From contig CAZUXR010000003.1 in the NCBI GenBank assembly GCA_964624785.1, forward strand, positions 1-60,563: DNA of 60,563 nucleotides, given 5' to 3'. This stretch comes from an uncultured Candidatus Saccharibacteria bacterium (GTDB lineage Bacteria; Patescibacteriota; Saccharimonadia; Saccharimonadales; UBA10212). Under the pieces are notes generated by a model. It was given only the letters and a program-made list of their open reading frames with translations, was not told the DNA's origin and made no database searches. This document shows, in pieces, positions 18,981 through 28,664 of the stretch (the first letter of the stretch is position 1; each line of letters starts with the position of its first letter). A program made the translations under genes and the position numbers.

Positions 18981-20248
18981 CGTGGTAACCCCCAGGCTTG
19001 ACGGCGTTTGATCCATGCTGCTTCGCGCCTTACAAGTTTTTTTGCATCGCTAGAGTCGGCAAGTAGCTGCTCGATCACTCCTTCTAGCCCCATAGCGCCT
19101 TTAAATAATATAACTTCTCCACCTTTTAAATTTTTTTGCATGTAGTCCAATACTTCTTTTGGACTCAGTAAGGATACGTTCGGAGGTTTGCTAGATTTTA
19201 GCAGAGGGTAAGTGTATTTATGGGTTCTGGAACCGAGTAGGATTATTTGCGCTACGCCAAGATCATTGATTTTTGTTGCTAATCTTTTGTGTTCGTCTTC
19301 CTCTAAGCTGCCTTGCTCCAGAATATCGCCGATCACTAGCCACTTTTTACTGGCAGCATAATTCTTAAAAAGATCAAACACGGCTATTGTTGCCCCCAAC
19401 CCAGTATTGTAAGTACTATCAATAAGGGTCGTTCCTCGCTTGCCCTTAAAGACAGAACTGCGACCAGGTGGCATGCGTAGCTTCTGGTAGTCAAAGTCGA
19501 AAGACATACCAAGATAGTCGAGTAGACTATTGACCATTTGAAGACTTATACCAAGTTCTTTTGGGTGCAGCCCAGCAAGACTGATTTTTTGTTGATTTAC
19601 CGTAAACAAAGTTCGACCACTTTCGAGCGAGTAAAATGAAACAGCCTTGCTGGATATTCGATCTACTCTTACGTCCTGGGCTACTCTGTTAAGTTGGCTT
19701 GCAATCTCTTCCTGGCCAGCATTCGCTATAACGAGTTTTTGGGCCGCTTCGGCAAAGTATCCAAACTCAGTCGCAATCGCCTCTTTATGATTAACAAAAT
19801 TTTTATTTTTTACGATAGAGTCAAAGTTCATGCTATGCGTATGGTAACTGTTAATCCATATGGTCACTTCTGGTTCGAGTAGCCGCGCCAAGAACTTGCC
19901 TTCGTTAGGACGATCGCAGTCAGCTTCTACGATGTAGAGTTTTTGAACAGGTGCTTTGCGTAGGGTTCTGATTGGGGCGAGCAGAAAACGGCTAGGCCAT
20001 TGAGCGCGCGAAGTTATTCCAGACATTCCTAGGATATGCATCGGGATACCGATGGCACTGTTAGCAAAATGGCTATAGTTGGCTTGCCCTCCAAGCTGGG
20101 CTTCCACTAGATGTAGTAGCGTGGTTTTCCCACTCGAACCGGTAATAACGATTATTCTTGGTTTCCACCTTTCGAGTACCAACTTGGCCCAGAATGCAAA
20201 GTAGCTGGCCACTACAAAGTACAGGCTTTTCTTTAATTTGCGGAGCAT
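18977..20248 (-). CDS. MurF-like Mur ligase
   Basis: ITGSSGKTT P-loop, PGRS, IDSTYN, IGDILEQG, ILFKG. Confidence 0.85.
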   Translation of the reverse strand: MLRKLKKSLYFVVASYFAFWAKLVLERWKPRIIVITGSSGKTTLLHLVEAQLGGQANYSHFANSAIGIPMHILGMSGITSRAQWPSRFLLAPIRTLRKAPVQKLYIVEADCDRPNEGKFLARLLEPEVTIWINSYHTHSMNFDSIVKNKNFVNHKEAIATEFGYFAEAAQKLVIANAGQEEIASQLNRVAQDVRVDRISSKAVSFYSLESGRTLFTVNQQKISLAGLHPKELGISLQMVNSLLDYLGMSFDFDYQKLRMPPGRSSVFKGKRGTTLIDSTYNTGLGATIAVFDLFKNYAASKKWLVIGDILEQGSLEEDEHKRLATKINDLGVAQIILLGSRTHKYTYPLLKSSKPPNVSLLSPKEVLDYMQKNLKGGEVILFKGAMGLEGVIEQLLADSSDAKKLVRREAAWIKRRQAWGLPR

Positions 20249-20276
20249 GTCTTCTATTTTAACTCACCGAGGGTAT

Positions 20277-20303
20277 AAAAACAGCCACTAAAGAAGTGGC
20301 TGT
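20277..20303 (-). terminator. Intrinsic terminator downstream of the minihelix RNA
   Basis: Minus strand ACAGCCAC-TTCTTTA-GTGGCTGT-TTTT. Confidence 0.75.
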
Positions 20304-20314
20304 CAGTGTTTTTC

Positions 20315-20352
20315 TGGTGGAGCAATTGCAGGTTTAAGCCTGCGCATGCCCC
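20315..20352 (-). ncRNA. Putative tRNA-Ala-like acceptor minihelix RNA (38 nt)
   Basis: GGGGCAUGCGCAGGCUUAAACCUGCAAUUGCUCCACCA: 6-bp acceptor stem with G3:U70, 5-bp distal stem, discriminator A and CCA; flanked by promoter and terminator. Confidence 0.7.
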
Positions 20353-20363
20353 ATAACGTTCCT

Positions 20364-20372
20364 ATCCTACCA
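20364..20372 (-). promoter_or_regulatory. Extended -10 promoter for the minihelix RNA
   Basis: TGG-TAGGAT, 11 nt upstream of G1. Confidence 0.55.
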
Positions 20373-20696
20373 AAAAGTTCAAAAATTAGAAACCGTACGC
20401 AGAAAGTGGTAGCCGACCCGGCAGACTTGGATTTTACTAAGCTTCAAAAGAGATTCGGCGGGGGAATCAAAGACAATCAAAATCGAGGGACGAGCGGGGC
20501 GAGTCAGCCTTCGGCTGGTAAGCAATGAGACTTGGGTGGTGTTTAGATTTCTTTTTGCATTTTATGTTACAATTTGCTTGAGGCTAGGTAAAAAATAAAC
20601 AGGAAAATATAACCATGAAATGGCGCTTAATCTTGGTCTTATAGCTAGCAAACCCATTGGAAAAAATACTGCGCAAAATCACTACAAGGTAGTCAA

Positions 20697-21443
20697 ATGA
20701 GTCTCGAGGTATCATCAACCACTCCAGCTAACCAAGAACCGGTTAAACTTTATGAAACCATACATTATCCGTATGTAGACATAGTTATTAATAACGACTC
20801 AGATTATGCATCGTATGGGACACAGTTGGCCGAGCTTTTTCAAGACGGTGTTCCGCTTGATTGGGTTAACCATCAACCACGAGGTATCAATTCACTACTC
20901 AAAGGTGAGGTGGATGGTCGGACGTTCATTATGAAAGAAAAGCGCTATGGCGGTAAGAAGCGGGTTGAGAGTATTCTGTTATCAAAACAGTTTGGTAAAT
21001 ACGCAAATCCCGAAGACGCTCGAGCTGCCTATGCCATGACAAGCGTACTGAATGAGATTACATTATCACCGCGGGTTAAGCGGGCGTTAGCTGAGCCACA
21101 AGCACAAGACATGGCTCAAGATGCTGGTTACAGCTCAATCAGTCTTATCGAACCAGTCATAGCCATTAGTCAACACAGTGGGCAAAAAGCATTAGTGTAT
21201 CCATTCATTGCAGACGCTAAACCACTGAGTGAAATCGTTAAAGAACTTCCTCGCGGGGATGAGAGAGAGGGTTTTATAGATCGTAATTTCAGACTTATCC
21301 GTCAGCTTGAAAGTTATTTACGAGAACATGGCATTGCAGCTAATGACCTCAATCGACGTAATCTGATGCGTGATACCAATAATAATCTGTATGTAATGGA
21401 TATTGAAGGTTACGTGCCCGTTTTAAATGGTGCCGACCAATGA
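20697..21443 (+). CDS. Protein-kinase-like fold protein
   Basis: FIMKEK (lysine strand), NDLNRRNLM catalytic-loop-like, YVMDIE DFG-like. Confidence 0.6.
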   Translation: MSLEVSSTTPANQEPVKLYETIHYPYVDIVINNDSDYASYGTQLAELFQDGVPLDWVNHQPRGINSLLKGEVDGRTFIMKEKRYGGKKRVESILLSKQFGKYANPEDARAAYAMTSVLNEITLSPRVKRALAEPQAQDMAQDAGYSSISLIEPVIAISQHSGQKALVYPFIADAKPLSEIVKELPRGDEREGFIDRNFRLIRQLESYLREHGIAANDLNRRNLMRDTNNNLYVMDIEGYVPVLNGADQ

Positions 21444-21979
21444 ACCGATATTCGATCGAATGCTCTCAACCCTATTCAGATAACCCTCTCAATCACAATG
21501 CTACTAAAGCAGCATTGGAAGGCCTGCTAAAACGCATCCAAAGGGAAGGTGCGACTGCTTCGTTAGTGGCCTTAGTTGATGACACAACTCACGAGAATCC
21601 CGACTATGACTTTGATAACTACGCCCGTTGGCTGCACACAAATGGCTTTGAGCCCGATAGTGTTGCTCATGAATCAGCTATTCGTCCCGCCAGCGATCAA
21701 CTACTTAACGCTATAGACTTTACAAAACTCAACTCAGAAACAGCTTCTGCGCTACAATCGGAGAATAAATATACCAGCCAGTTATTTATTGCGGCTTGGT
21801 GTCTACTGCGTCTTGGCTATATAGAAGACAACAGCTTTGATAAAAGCTTGCAAGCCGAAAAACTAGTTAATGTGCTGCCTCTTTCATTTAAAGAAGGCGA
21901 AGAGCAGTCACTTGATATTATTCGTGCAACTCCGTTTGCTGAAGCAGTCGATAAAATCGAGTATATTTTCGTCCCGTAG
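21440..21979 (+). CDS. Hypothetical protein translationally coupled to the kinase-like gene
   Basis: ATGA overlap; YSIE, LVDD, AAWCLLRLG, NVLP motifs. Confidence 0.7.
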   Translation: MNRYSIECSQPYSDNPLNHNATKAALEGLLKRIQREGATASLVALVDDTTHENPDYDFDNYARWLHTNGFEPDSVAHESAIRPASDQLLNAIDFTKLNSETASALQSENKYTSQLFIAAWCLLRLGYIEDNSFDKSLQAEKLVNVLPLSFKEGEEQSLDIIRATPFAEAVDKIEYIFVP

Positions 21980-22022
21980 CGGAATGATCTAATAGTGGCT
22001 ACGACAGTGCTAAACTATTGGT

Positions 22023-23057
22023 ATGGCTATTGAGAGAATTGTTAATACTTCGGCGGATGCTGATGATACTAATGACCAGGAGCTGGAAGTTACGCTGCGG
22101 CCGCATGATTTTGCTAACTACATTGGCCAAGAGCGGATTAAGAAAAATTTGAAACTCGGGATAGGTGCTGCTAAAAAGCGTGGTGAGCCGATTGATCACA
22201 TATTACTCTACGGCCCGCCAGGGCTCGGCAAGACCACGCTGGCTGGTGTAATCGCCAACGAAATGGGCGCGCAAATCCGTATAACTAGCGGTCCGGCGAT
22301 TGAGCGAGCAGGGGATTTGGCCAGCTTGCTTACTAACTTGCAGGATGGCGACATTTTATTTATAGACGAGATTCACCGCTTGCACCGAGTAGTCGAAGAG
22401 GTTTTGTATTCGGCTATGGAAGACTTTAAGCTGGATATTATGCTAGGCAAAGGGCCGAGCGCTCGCAGCTTGCGGCTGGATCTGCCTAAGTTTACGATCA
22501 TTGGCGCCACTACCCGCACCGGTGCTTTGGCCGCTCCGCTGCGCGATCGATTTGGTATGATCCACCGCTTGGAATTTTATTCACCCGAAGAAATTAGCAA
22601 AATTATTAAACGCGCCGCCGGGATTTTGAACGTGCCAATTAACGAACCGGCAGCCAATGTTTTGTCTGGTCGCGCACGTCTAACACCGCGAATTGCTAAC
22701 CGGTTGTTGCGACGAGTTCGGGATTACGCGGATATGAACGGCGACGGGATTATTGATGAACCGCTTACCCACAAAGCGCTGGATTTACTAGAAGTTGACG
22801 AGCTTGGTCTGGATCCGGCGGATCGCCATTTGCTTGCAACGATCATTGATCACCACAATGGCGGGCCGGTGGGCGTAGAGACAGTCGCTGCCCTGATTGC
22901 CGAAGAGCGCCTAACTATCGAAGACACAATCGAACCTTACTTGATGCAGATTGGTTTGCTGGAACGAACTCCTCGCGGCCGCAAAGTTACTCCGCGCGGC
23001 TTTAAGCATTTGGGCAAAACTAAAACCGCGAGCAAAAATCAGCCCTCGTTGTTATAA
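22023..23057 (+). CDS. ruvB: Holliday junction branch migration helicase RuvB
   Basis: [41 protein letters not shown]. Confidence 0.97.
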   Translation: MAIERIVNTSADADDTNDQELEVTLRPHDFANYIGQERIKKNLKLGIGAAKKRGEPIDHILLYGPPGLGKTTLAGVIANEMGAQIRITSGPAIERAGDLASLLTNLQDGDILFIDEIHRLHRVVEEVLYSAMEDFKLDIMLGKGPSARSLRLDLPKFTIIGATTRTGALAAPLRDRFGMIHRLEFYSPEEISKIIKRAAGILNVPINEPAANVLSGRARLTPRIANRLLRRVRDYADMNGDGIIDEPLTHKALDLLEVDELGLDPADRHLLATIIDHHNGGPVGVETVAALIAEERLTIEDTIEPYLMQIGLLERTPRGRKVTPRGFKHLGKTKTASKNQPSLL

Positions 23058-23066
23058 TTAGCATAA

Positions 23067-23666
23067 ATGCAGCCTGATACATCTACGCCAACTCCACAAA
23101 CCCCACCGCCGATTCCTCTCACCAGGACGCATTTGCCCGGTGGTGAAACTCTGGACCCCGATGAGCACGTCGTAAAAATCGTTAAACGTCACATAATTGG
23201 CATAGTTTTTATTTATATCGAAGCGCTCGCCGGGATTACCGCGCTACTCGCCTTAGTGTTCGTTTTAGCGCCGGATGCATTTAAAGATTTATCGGGTAAT
23301 AGTTTTAACTTGTTTGTAGGAATTGTGTTTTTTGCAGTTGCGCTATTGGCACTGGTGCTTTTTGTAGCGACTTATGTTTACCGCCAGAGTGAACTGCTTG
23401 TAACAGATAAAAACCTGGTGCAGGTTTTGCAGCGGAGCTTATTTAACCGCAAAGTTTCGCGGCTTTCTATGTCCAACGTAGAAGATGTAACAGCCGATCA
23501 GCGGGGAATTCTTGCCACCATTTTTAATTACGGTACATTAATGATTCAAACGGCTGGCGAGATGGATAACTTTGTATTTATATATTGCCCCAACCCAAAC
23601 AAGTATGCAGAAATTGTCCTAGACGCGCGCCAAGCATACGCTCGCAGCATTCAAGAAGAAAAATAA
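23067..23666 (+). CDS. Membrane protein with bacterial PH domain
   Basis: Two TMs, then VTDK...VEDVT...FNYGTLMIQTAGE. Confidence 0.75.
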   Translation: MQPDTSTPTPQTPPPIPLTRTHLPGGETLDPDEHVVKIVKRHIIGIVFIYIEALAGITALLALVFVLAPDAFKDLSGNSFNLFVGIVFFAVALLALVLFVATYVYRQSELLVTDKNLVQVLQRSLFNRKVSRLSMSNVEDVTADQRGILATIFNYGTLMIQTAGEMDNFVFIYCPNPNKYAEIVLDARQAYARSIQEEK

Positions 23667-23684
23667 CTACGGCCGATAAAAGTT

Positions 23685-24056
23685 CTATTCGGCGAATGGG
23701 TTAGTGCGGCCCGGTTGCAGTTGCGGAGTCGTAGAGGTTTTACTGTCGGACAATTGCTTAATGCGCTCTATGGTTTTAGGGTCAATGCGTACCTGTTTGA
23801 TTTTGCCTAGATTTTCTTGAATTTTTTCCTCACTCGGCGCAGGATTAGCATAACTAAGCATCCGTAAGGTAGCAAATGCCAAACAGAATGCCAGCAGTAA
23901 AATAACAATCATTGTCTGGAATCTACCGACAAATAAAGCAATTTTTTTCAAACTTTTTTTCAGCTCACCAACCGACAGCTGCTGTTTTTTAGGTTGTTCG
24001 CTGTCTGTTTGAGCAGCTGCTTTTTGCGGATCTTTACTGTGTTTAAATAATTCCAT
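23685..24056 (-). CDS. Pilus-operon membrane protein (PilP position)
   Basis: Single TM, C-terminal GRTNPF; last gene of the pilMNO run. Confidence 0.65.
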   Translation of the reverse strand: MELFKHSKDPQKAAAQTDSEQPKKQQLSVGELKKSLKKIALFVGRFQTMIVILLLAFCLAFATLRMLSYANPAPSEEKIQENLGKIKQVRIDPKTIERIKQLSDSKTSTTPQLQPGRTNPFAE

Positions 24057-24060
24057 ACTT

Positions 24061-24657
24061 CTAATTACCAGTCTTTAAATAAATATCAATCGATAAATCT
24101 ACGCGGTCTAACAAGGTTGGAGTAGTACTGTTGGGCGTAATGGCAACCGATGTAACTTGCATGCGCCGCTGTGTGTTTTCGATTTGTCGCAAAAAGGCCA
24201 GCAAGTTGTCGTAATGAGCATTTGTAGAATGCAGAACCACAGCGATCACGGATACGCCTTTGAGGCTTGAGGGAGAAGTTAAGGTCTGTCCGGTTTTGCT
24301 AACACCTTGAGCAAAGCTAATTTGCTGAATTGGCAAGCCAGTGCTGCGACTAAAGTTGTCCAAGTCGGCCAATGCCTGGGATTGTTCCTTGTCTGATGGC
24401 AGCACACGGTCGGCAATTGCTTGGAAATCCTTATTAGAATTTACCGTTCCCTCTAAAACCTTGTAATTATTAAGTGCTTGTTGGTTGGTTTGGGAAGTAG
24501 CTTTTAGGTCCGATATTTCCAGAGATTTTTTCTGTGCAGTACCGCTCGCCAACACGAATACACCGATAATTAAGCCGCCAAGTAGAATGTTTAGTCCAGC
24601 AAGAGCGAAGAATAATTTTTTGGCACCAGGGCTATTTTTAAATAGGTTGATACTCAT
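24061..24657 (-). CDS. pilO: Type IV pilus assembly protein, PilO-like
   Basis: TM and coiled coil, VLPSD, YDNLLAFLRQIENTQR. Confidence 0.75.
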   Translation of the reverse strand: MSINLFKNSPGAKKLFFALAGLNILLGGLIIGVFVLASGTAQKKSLEISDLKATSQTNQQALNNYKVLEGTVNSNKDFQAIADRVLPSDKEQSQALADLDNFSRSTGLPIQQISFAQGVSKTGQTLTSPSSLKGVSVIAVVLHSTNAHYDNLLAFLRQIENTQRRMQVTSVAITPNSTTPTLLDRVDLSIDIYLKTGN

Positions 24658-25325
24658 TTTGCAGTCCCGGTCTTGCCTAATTGATTTGGATTAACCTGCT
24701 TTAAGTAAGCGTTTATTGTCACCTGGTAAGGGTAATGGCTAGAGATAGCGCTAGATCCGTTAACGCCGACCGCCGTTTGGGTGACGTCAACTATATCTGC
24801 ATCCGTAAACAAATCCTTGTTGGCTCTTATGTTTTCTAGTAGTGTGGTTGCCTTAGATCTATCGGCCAGACCGGCAAGAATAAGAAAGGGCTTTTTGGCC
24901 GTTATGCCAGCCGCCCCGCCCACTGGTGCTGCACCTTGGGTCTTAGTGCTGCCAGCTAGGATGTCGCTAGCACTAAAGTCCAGTTGTTTTAAAATAGCGC
25001 CATTTGGTAGGCATTTAGCAATTTCTGGCAATAGGGTAGAAAAAGTAATTTGACGGTTAAGTAAGGTATTGATCGTTGCCACAGTATCCGATAATTGCTG
25101 CCCCTGAACTTCTATTGGCTTATAAGTCGCTAGCTGGGCATTTTGTTTATCGATTTCTTGCTGCAGGTTATTTTTATCACCAAGCATGCTGGCGATGCTA
25201 ATCATTGCAATCAGCACTATAGCGACCACAGTAGAAGCGGACATAATAGTGTAGCGGACCAATTGCAAATTTTTGCGGGCGTATCGGTTATTATTCTTAA
25301 TGTCATCAGGAATTAAATTAATCAT
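24654..25325 (-). CDS. pilN: Type IV pilus assembly protein, PilN-like
   Basis: MINLIP PilM-binding motif, TM, coiled coil. Confidence 0.8.
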   Translation of the reverse strand: MINLIPDDIKNNNRYARKNLQLVRYTIMSASTVVAIVLIAMISIASMLGDKNNLQQEIDKQNAQLATYKPIEVQGQQLSDTVATINTLLNRQITFSTLLPEIAKCLPNGAILKQLDFSASDILAGSTKTQGAAPVGGAAGITAKKPFLILAGLADRSKATTLLENIRANKDLFTDADIVDVTQTAVGVNGSSAISSHYPYQVTINAYLKQVNPNQLGKTGTAK

Positions 25326-26398
25326 TTGACAGCCTCTTCAGGATCGATGAGCGCGAGTCCTGCCGCAGTAGCATACATAGCAGAAACTCGTTTATCCACA
25401 GTTTGTATGTTATCAAGGCCGGTGTGCTCCCAGATATTAGCCAGTCTAGTCGGTACTCGAAGCTCGCTGGTAAGATAGGTACTAATTCCTGGCAAGTTGG
25501 CTCCGCCGCCCAGGATAATCACTTGCTCTACCTTAACATTCTGATCTTTATCGCGCTCTTCGAAGTAGTTGGTGATCTTTTTAATTTCGGATATAAAGAA
25601 GTCTAGGTCTTTACTTAAGGCTTTTAGGATTTGAGCTTGTTTTTCGCCGGCATCCAGCCCGTGATCGGTCTTTAGGCTTCGTGCCTCATTGTAGCTGGCG
25701 CCCATTTCATTCATTAGACTTTGAGTAATGGTGTCCCCGCCAAACTTTATAGTTCCTGTAATACGCACGGCGGACTGATTATAGACAAAAAGATCAGTAG
25801 TAATAGACCCGCAGTCAATTACAAGCGTTGGCAGACTTGAATCTTCTGCCTGGTGAACTATGCGGGCCACACTCAAGATACTTGGCTCCATGCAAACCAG
25901 CTCCAAACCAAGCATACCAAAAAGTTTTAAATATGAATCTACAACTTTTTTAGGTGCTGCTGCAAGCAGTAGGTCTTGGCTATCACTAGATTTTTCCAAT
26001 AGTTGGTAGTCCAGGTACAGCTCGTTTATCGGCACGGGGATGTATTGTTCGGCCTCTAGTTTGACTGCTTCTAGAATGTCCTTCTCTTCCATGATCGGCA
26101 GGCTAATAATGCGGCTAAATGAACGCAAAACCGGCAAAGAAGCCGCAATGCGATTTGTTATAACACTGCCTTTTAAACTGCTTTCTATGAGCTTGTGGGC
26201 AACAGATGATAGCGTGTCGAAGTCAATAATTTCACCATCTTTAATAGCCTCTGGATTAAAGTCTATCGAGCCATACCCAACCAAGGCAGTTTTTTTGCCA
26301 GAATTGTCTAGCTGCACAATCTTAATAGACCCATGCCCTATATCAAAACCAAACAAAGGCCTGCTCTTGTAGAATAAAGGTAGTCTTGAATCTTTCAT
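25322..26398 (-). CDS. pilM: Type IV pilus assembly protein PilM
   Basis: GFDIGHGSIK, EAEQYIP, IDCG, LGGGANLPG actin-like motifs. Confidence 0.92.
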   Translation of the reverse strand: MKDSRLPLFYKSRPLFGFDIGHGSIKIVQLDNSGKKTALVGYGSIDFNPEAIKDGEIIDFDTLSSVAHKLIESSLKGSVITNRIAASLPVLRSFSRIISLPIMEEKDILEAVKLEAEQYIPVPINELYLDYQLLEKSSDSQDLLLAAAPKKVVDSYLKLFGMLGLELVCMEPSILSVARIVHQAEDSSLPTLVIDCGSITTDLFVYNQSAVRITGTIKFGGDTITQSLMNEMGASYNEARSLKTDHGLDAGEKQAQILKALSKDLDFFISEIKKITNYFEERDKDQNVKVEQVIILGGGANLPGISTYLTSELRVPTRLANIWEHTGLDNIQTVDKRVSAMYATAAGLALIDPEEAVK

Positions 26399-26466
26399 TT
26401 ATTTAATCGGGGTACCACATTATGCTGACTTTAAGTTTAGCATAAGAGGTGCTAACAGAGTTAGAG

Positions 26467-27897
26467 TTATATGCGTCTATATCGCACAGATTTCCAGCTA
26501 AGATCCACTGGGATTTGGCTGGTAGGGAAGGTGGGGTCTACTCCAAGGTCGAACGGTGTGCCTGGATTTGAGTCAATATAAATGTTTTTAGCAGACAGTC
26601 CACCGAGCGCGTTTGCCGAACCGAATTTAGTTTTACTAACACATACGCCGTTAACGGCTAGAAAGTAAGCCGCCGGCGCGCTTGTTGTTCCGCTGTTGCC
26701 CAAAAGTACAGATCCGCCGTAAGGGCAGGCGCCAGATATGCCGGCAGGATCGGCTCCATAAACTACGAATACAATTGGCCCACTTCCGCTGGCCGTATTA
26801 ATACTATCGAAATCTATAGTTCCCTCTACGAATACCCACTTGATGGTAGCATCTGGATTATAGAAGGTTGGCGTGCAGCCTGTAGTGCCGCAAAGGTTGG
26901 CCCGCACGTGAACGTTATCCCTAATGTTGTACTGCCCGTTGCCCAAGATTAAGTTACCATTTGTCCCGCACGTTCCACTGCCATCAACACCGGACGAGCT
27001 ATTAGGATAGTGAGTTTTTTTGGTATTGCCGGTACTAGGAATATCGCGCGGGAAGCTACCGCTAGTCCAGTCCGTGCATCCGCTAGGCGAATTCTGATAA
27101 CTACCATCCATATACTGGCTCCATGGAATGTAGGTGGATTGTATTTTGCTAAGATTTGTTTGATTTGCTAGAACATTAAAGTTGCTGTTGCTGGTATTGC
27201 CAGGAGGATTAATACAGTTGTTGAAACCCATCGTAATATTGGTTTTTGTCTGGCCGGGATTGGTGAAGCTAGATGGTTTGATCAAATTGCCAGTTCCACC
27301 TATAGAGCAATTGCCGGCCCCAGTATTTTTATCAACCACAGTAATATTCTCTGCCGTTAGGTTTGTGGTATTTTTGTTCATTTGGATATAACCGTTTATA
27401 TAGATATCTTTGGTGGTCACGTTTTTTACGCCGCTTTCTATGTATAAAATATTACGACCAACCAAGGACGAAGATGTGGTTGTGCTGGAGCGCTGAGTAA
27501 AAATCTCTATTTTGCGGGTATATTTAGGGCTGGACGCATTTGCTGGAACATAAACTTTCCCCGTGGATGTTATATATTTTTGTTTACTATCGCTCCCGGC
27601 AGTTACCACAACTCCGTAAGTTGCCCTATAGGCTGCGCCATTGCTAACGACTTGTACGTCAGGACTGGTTCCGGTGTAGCTTGTGTTGCCGCTATTTAGA
27701 ATTGCTAGCGTAGCGTCTGCGCCAGATTCACTAGCGTACTGGGCTTGCAGGAGCAGCACTCTTGATCGTGCGCGGGACAAGTTAACGGTCGAAAAATTAA
27801 TAATTGCAAAAGCCAGGATCATCAAAAACATGGACACCATTAAAATAGATACCACTATCATTCCTTGTTGAGCAGACTTACGCTTATGTATTTTCAT
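26467..27897 (-). CDS. PilX-like minor pilin with large C-terminal domain
   Basis: QQG cleavage site plus hydrophobic helix without Glu5; QAQYASESG; Gly/Asn/Thr/Cys-rich C-terminus. Confidence 0.75.
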   Translation of the reverse strand: MKIHKRKSAQQGMIVVSILMVSMFLMILAFAIINFSTVNLSRARSRVLLLQAQYASESGADATLAILNSGNTSYTGTSPDVQVVSNGAAYRATYGVVVTAGSDSKQKYITSTGKVYVPANASSPKYTRKIEIFTQRSSTTTSSSLVGRNILYIESGVKNVTTKDIYINGYIQMNKNTTNLTAENITVVDKNTGAGNCSIGGTGNLIKPSSFTNPGQTKTNITMGFNNCINPPGNTSNSNFNVLANQTNLSKIQSTYIPWSQYMDGSYQNSPSGCTDWTSGSFPRDIPSTGNTKKTHYPNSSSGVDGSGTCGTNGNLILGNGQYNIRDNVHVRANLCGTTGCTPTFYNPDATIKWVFVEGTIDFDSINTASGSGPIVFVVYGADPAGISGACPYGGSVLLGNSGTTSAPAAYFLAVNGVCVSKTKFGSANALGGLSAKNIYIDSNPGTPFDLGVDPTFPTSQIPVDLSWKSVRYRRI

Positions 27898-28664
27898 GTA
27901 TTCCTCAGAGCTACTCTTATAATTGTACTGCTTTGGGTAGTGTTGGCGCTTTGCGTAAATGCCTTAGAGGCAATATTAATCGTATATTCTATGACTTCTA
28001 CAGCCGGAAAATCCGGGCCATTTACATATGTGCCAAGCGTCGCGTTATAAACAGGGGTATAGTCCAGCAAGTTGCCAGAACGGGAAAAATATCTAACAGA
28101 AATTGACGATACGTCTTTAATGAGTAGTTTGTCAGCCGGGCAGGAGGCCGAGGAGCTCGCCGGAGGGCAAGAGGTCGGTAGCGCATTACTGGCTGCGTTT
28201 GCATTGGCGAGCGTTCGAACTCTTAGTTCTCCGCTAGGATTAAAATAGATAATATATTCATCCTCATAAGGCGCATTACCGTTAAATATAAACGCTCGGT
28301 TTTTGTCCTGGCTGAAGCGTTTGAAATATAAGATAGGTTGATCTGAGCCACTTTTGGTAATCGTTCCGGGAATCGGATGAATTGTGAGCCAGTAGTTGCT
28401 ACCGGCCACGGGGTCGACAACGTTTGTGCGTGAATCGGCAATACTGTTTTGTGTGATTAATCCAGAAGTGGTACCGATTGTATCACGTACATAATCGCTG
28501 GCATCGAGCCTGCTAGTAAACGCATCCAGATCGGTCTGGGACTTTTCGGCAAATTGCCAGTAGTTCCAAAAAAAACTAAAGAGCAACCCAGATATAAGCC
28601 CTGTAGCGATAATAACTACCAGAAGTTCTATAATCGTAAATCCGTTTTGCCGGACCTTGTTCAT
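27894..28664 (-). CDS. Minor pilin (prepilin N-terminal motif)
   Basis: NG/FTIIELLVV. Confidence 0.85.
   Translation of the reverse strand: MNKVRQNGFTIIELLVVIIATGLISGLLFSFFWNYWQFAEKSQTDLDAFTSRLDASDYVRDTIGTTSGLITQNSIADSRTNVVDPVAGSNYWLTIHPIPGTITKSGSDQPILYFKRFSQDKNRAFIFNGNAPYEDEYIIYFNPSGELRVRTLANANAASNALPTSCPPASSSASCPADKLLIKDVSSISVRYFSRSGNLLDYTPVYNATLGTYVNGPDFPAVEVIEYTINIASKAFTQSANTTQSSTIIRVALRNT

Noticed and set aside
20315..20352. Reading as tmRNA, permuted tmRNA or a simple att remnant
   Set aside because: Both acceptor strands are present in normal order only 22 nt apart, with no tag ORF or pseudoknots; an att scar would keep only the 3' end. Origin by deletion from tRNA-Ala or ssrA is not excluded.
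20346..20528. 60-aa + strand ORF
   Set aside because: Overlaps the minihelix and its promoter on the opposite strand; no RBS or recognisable motif
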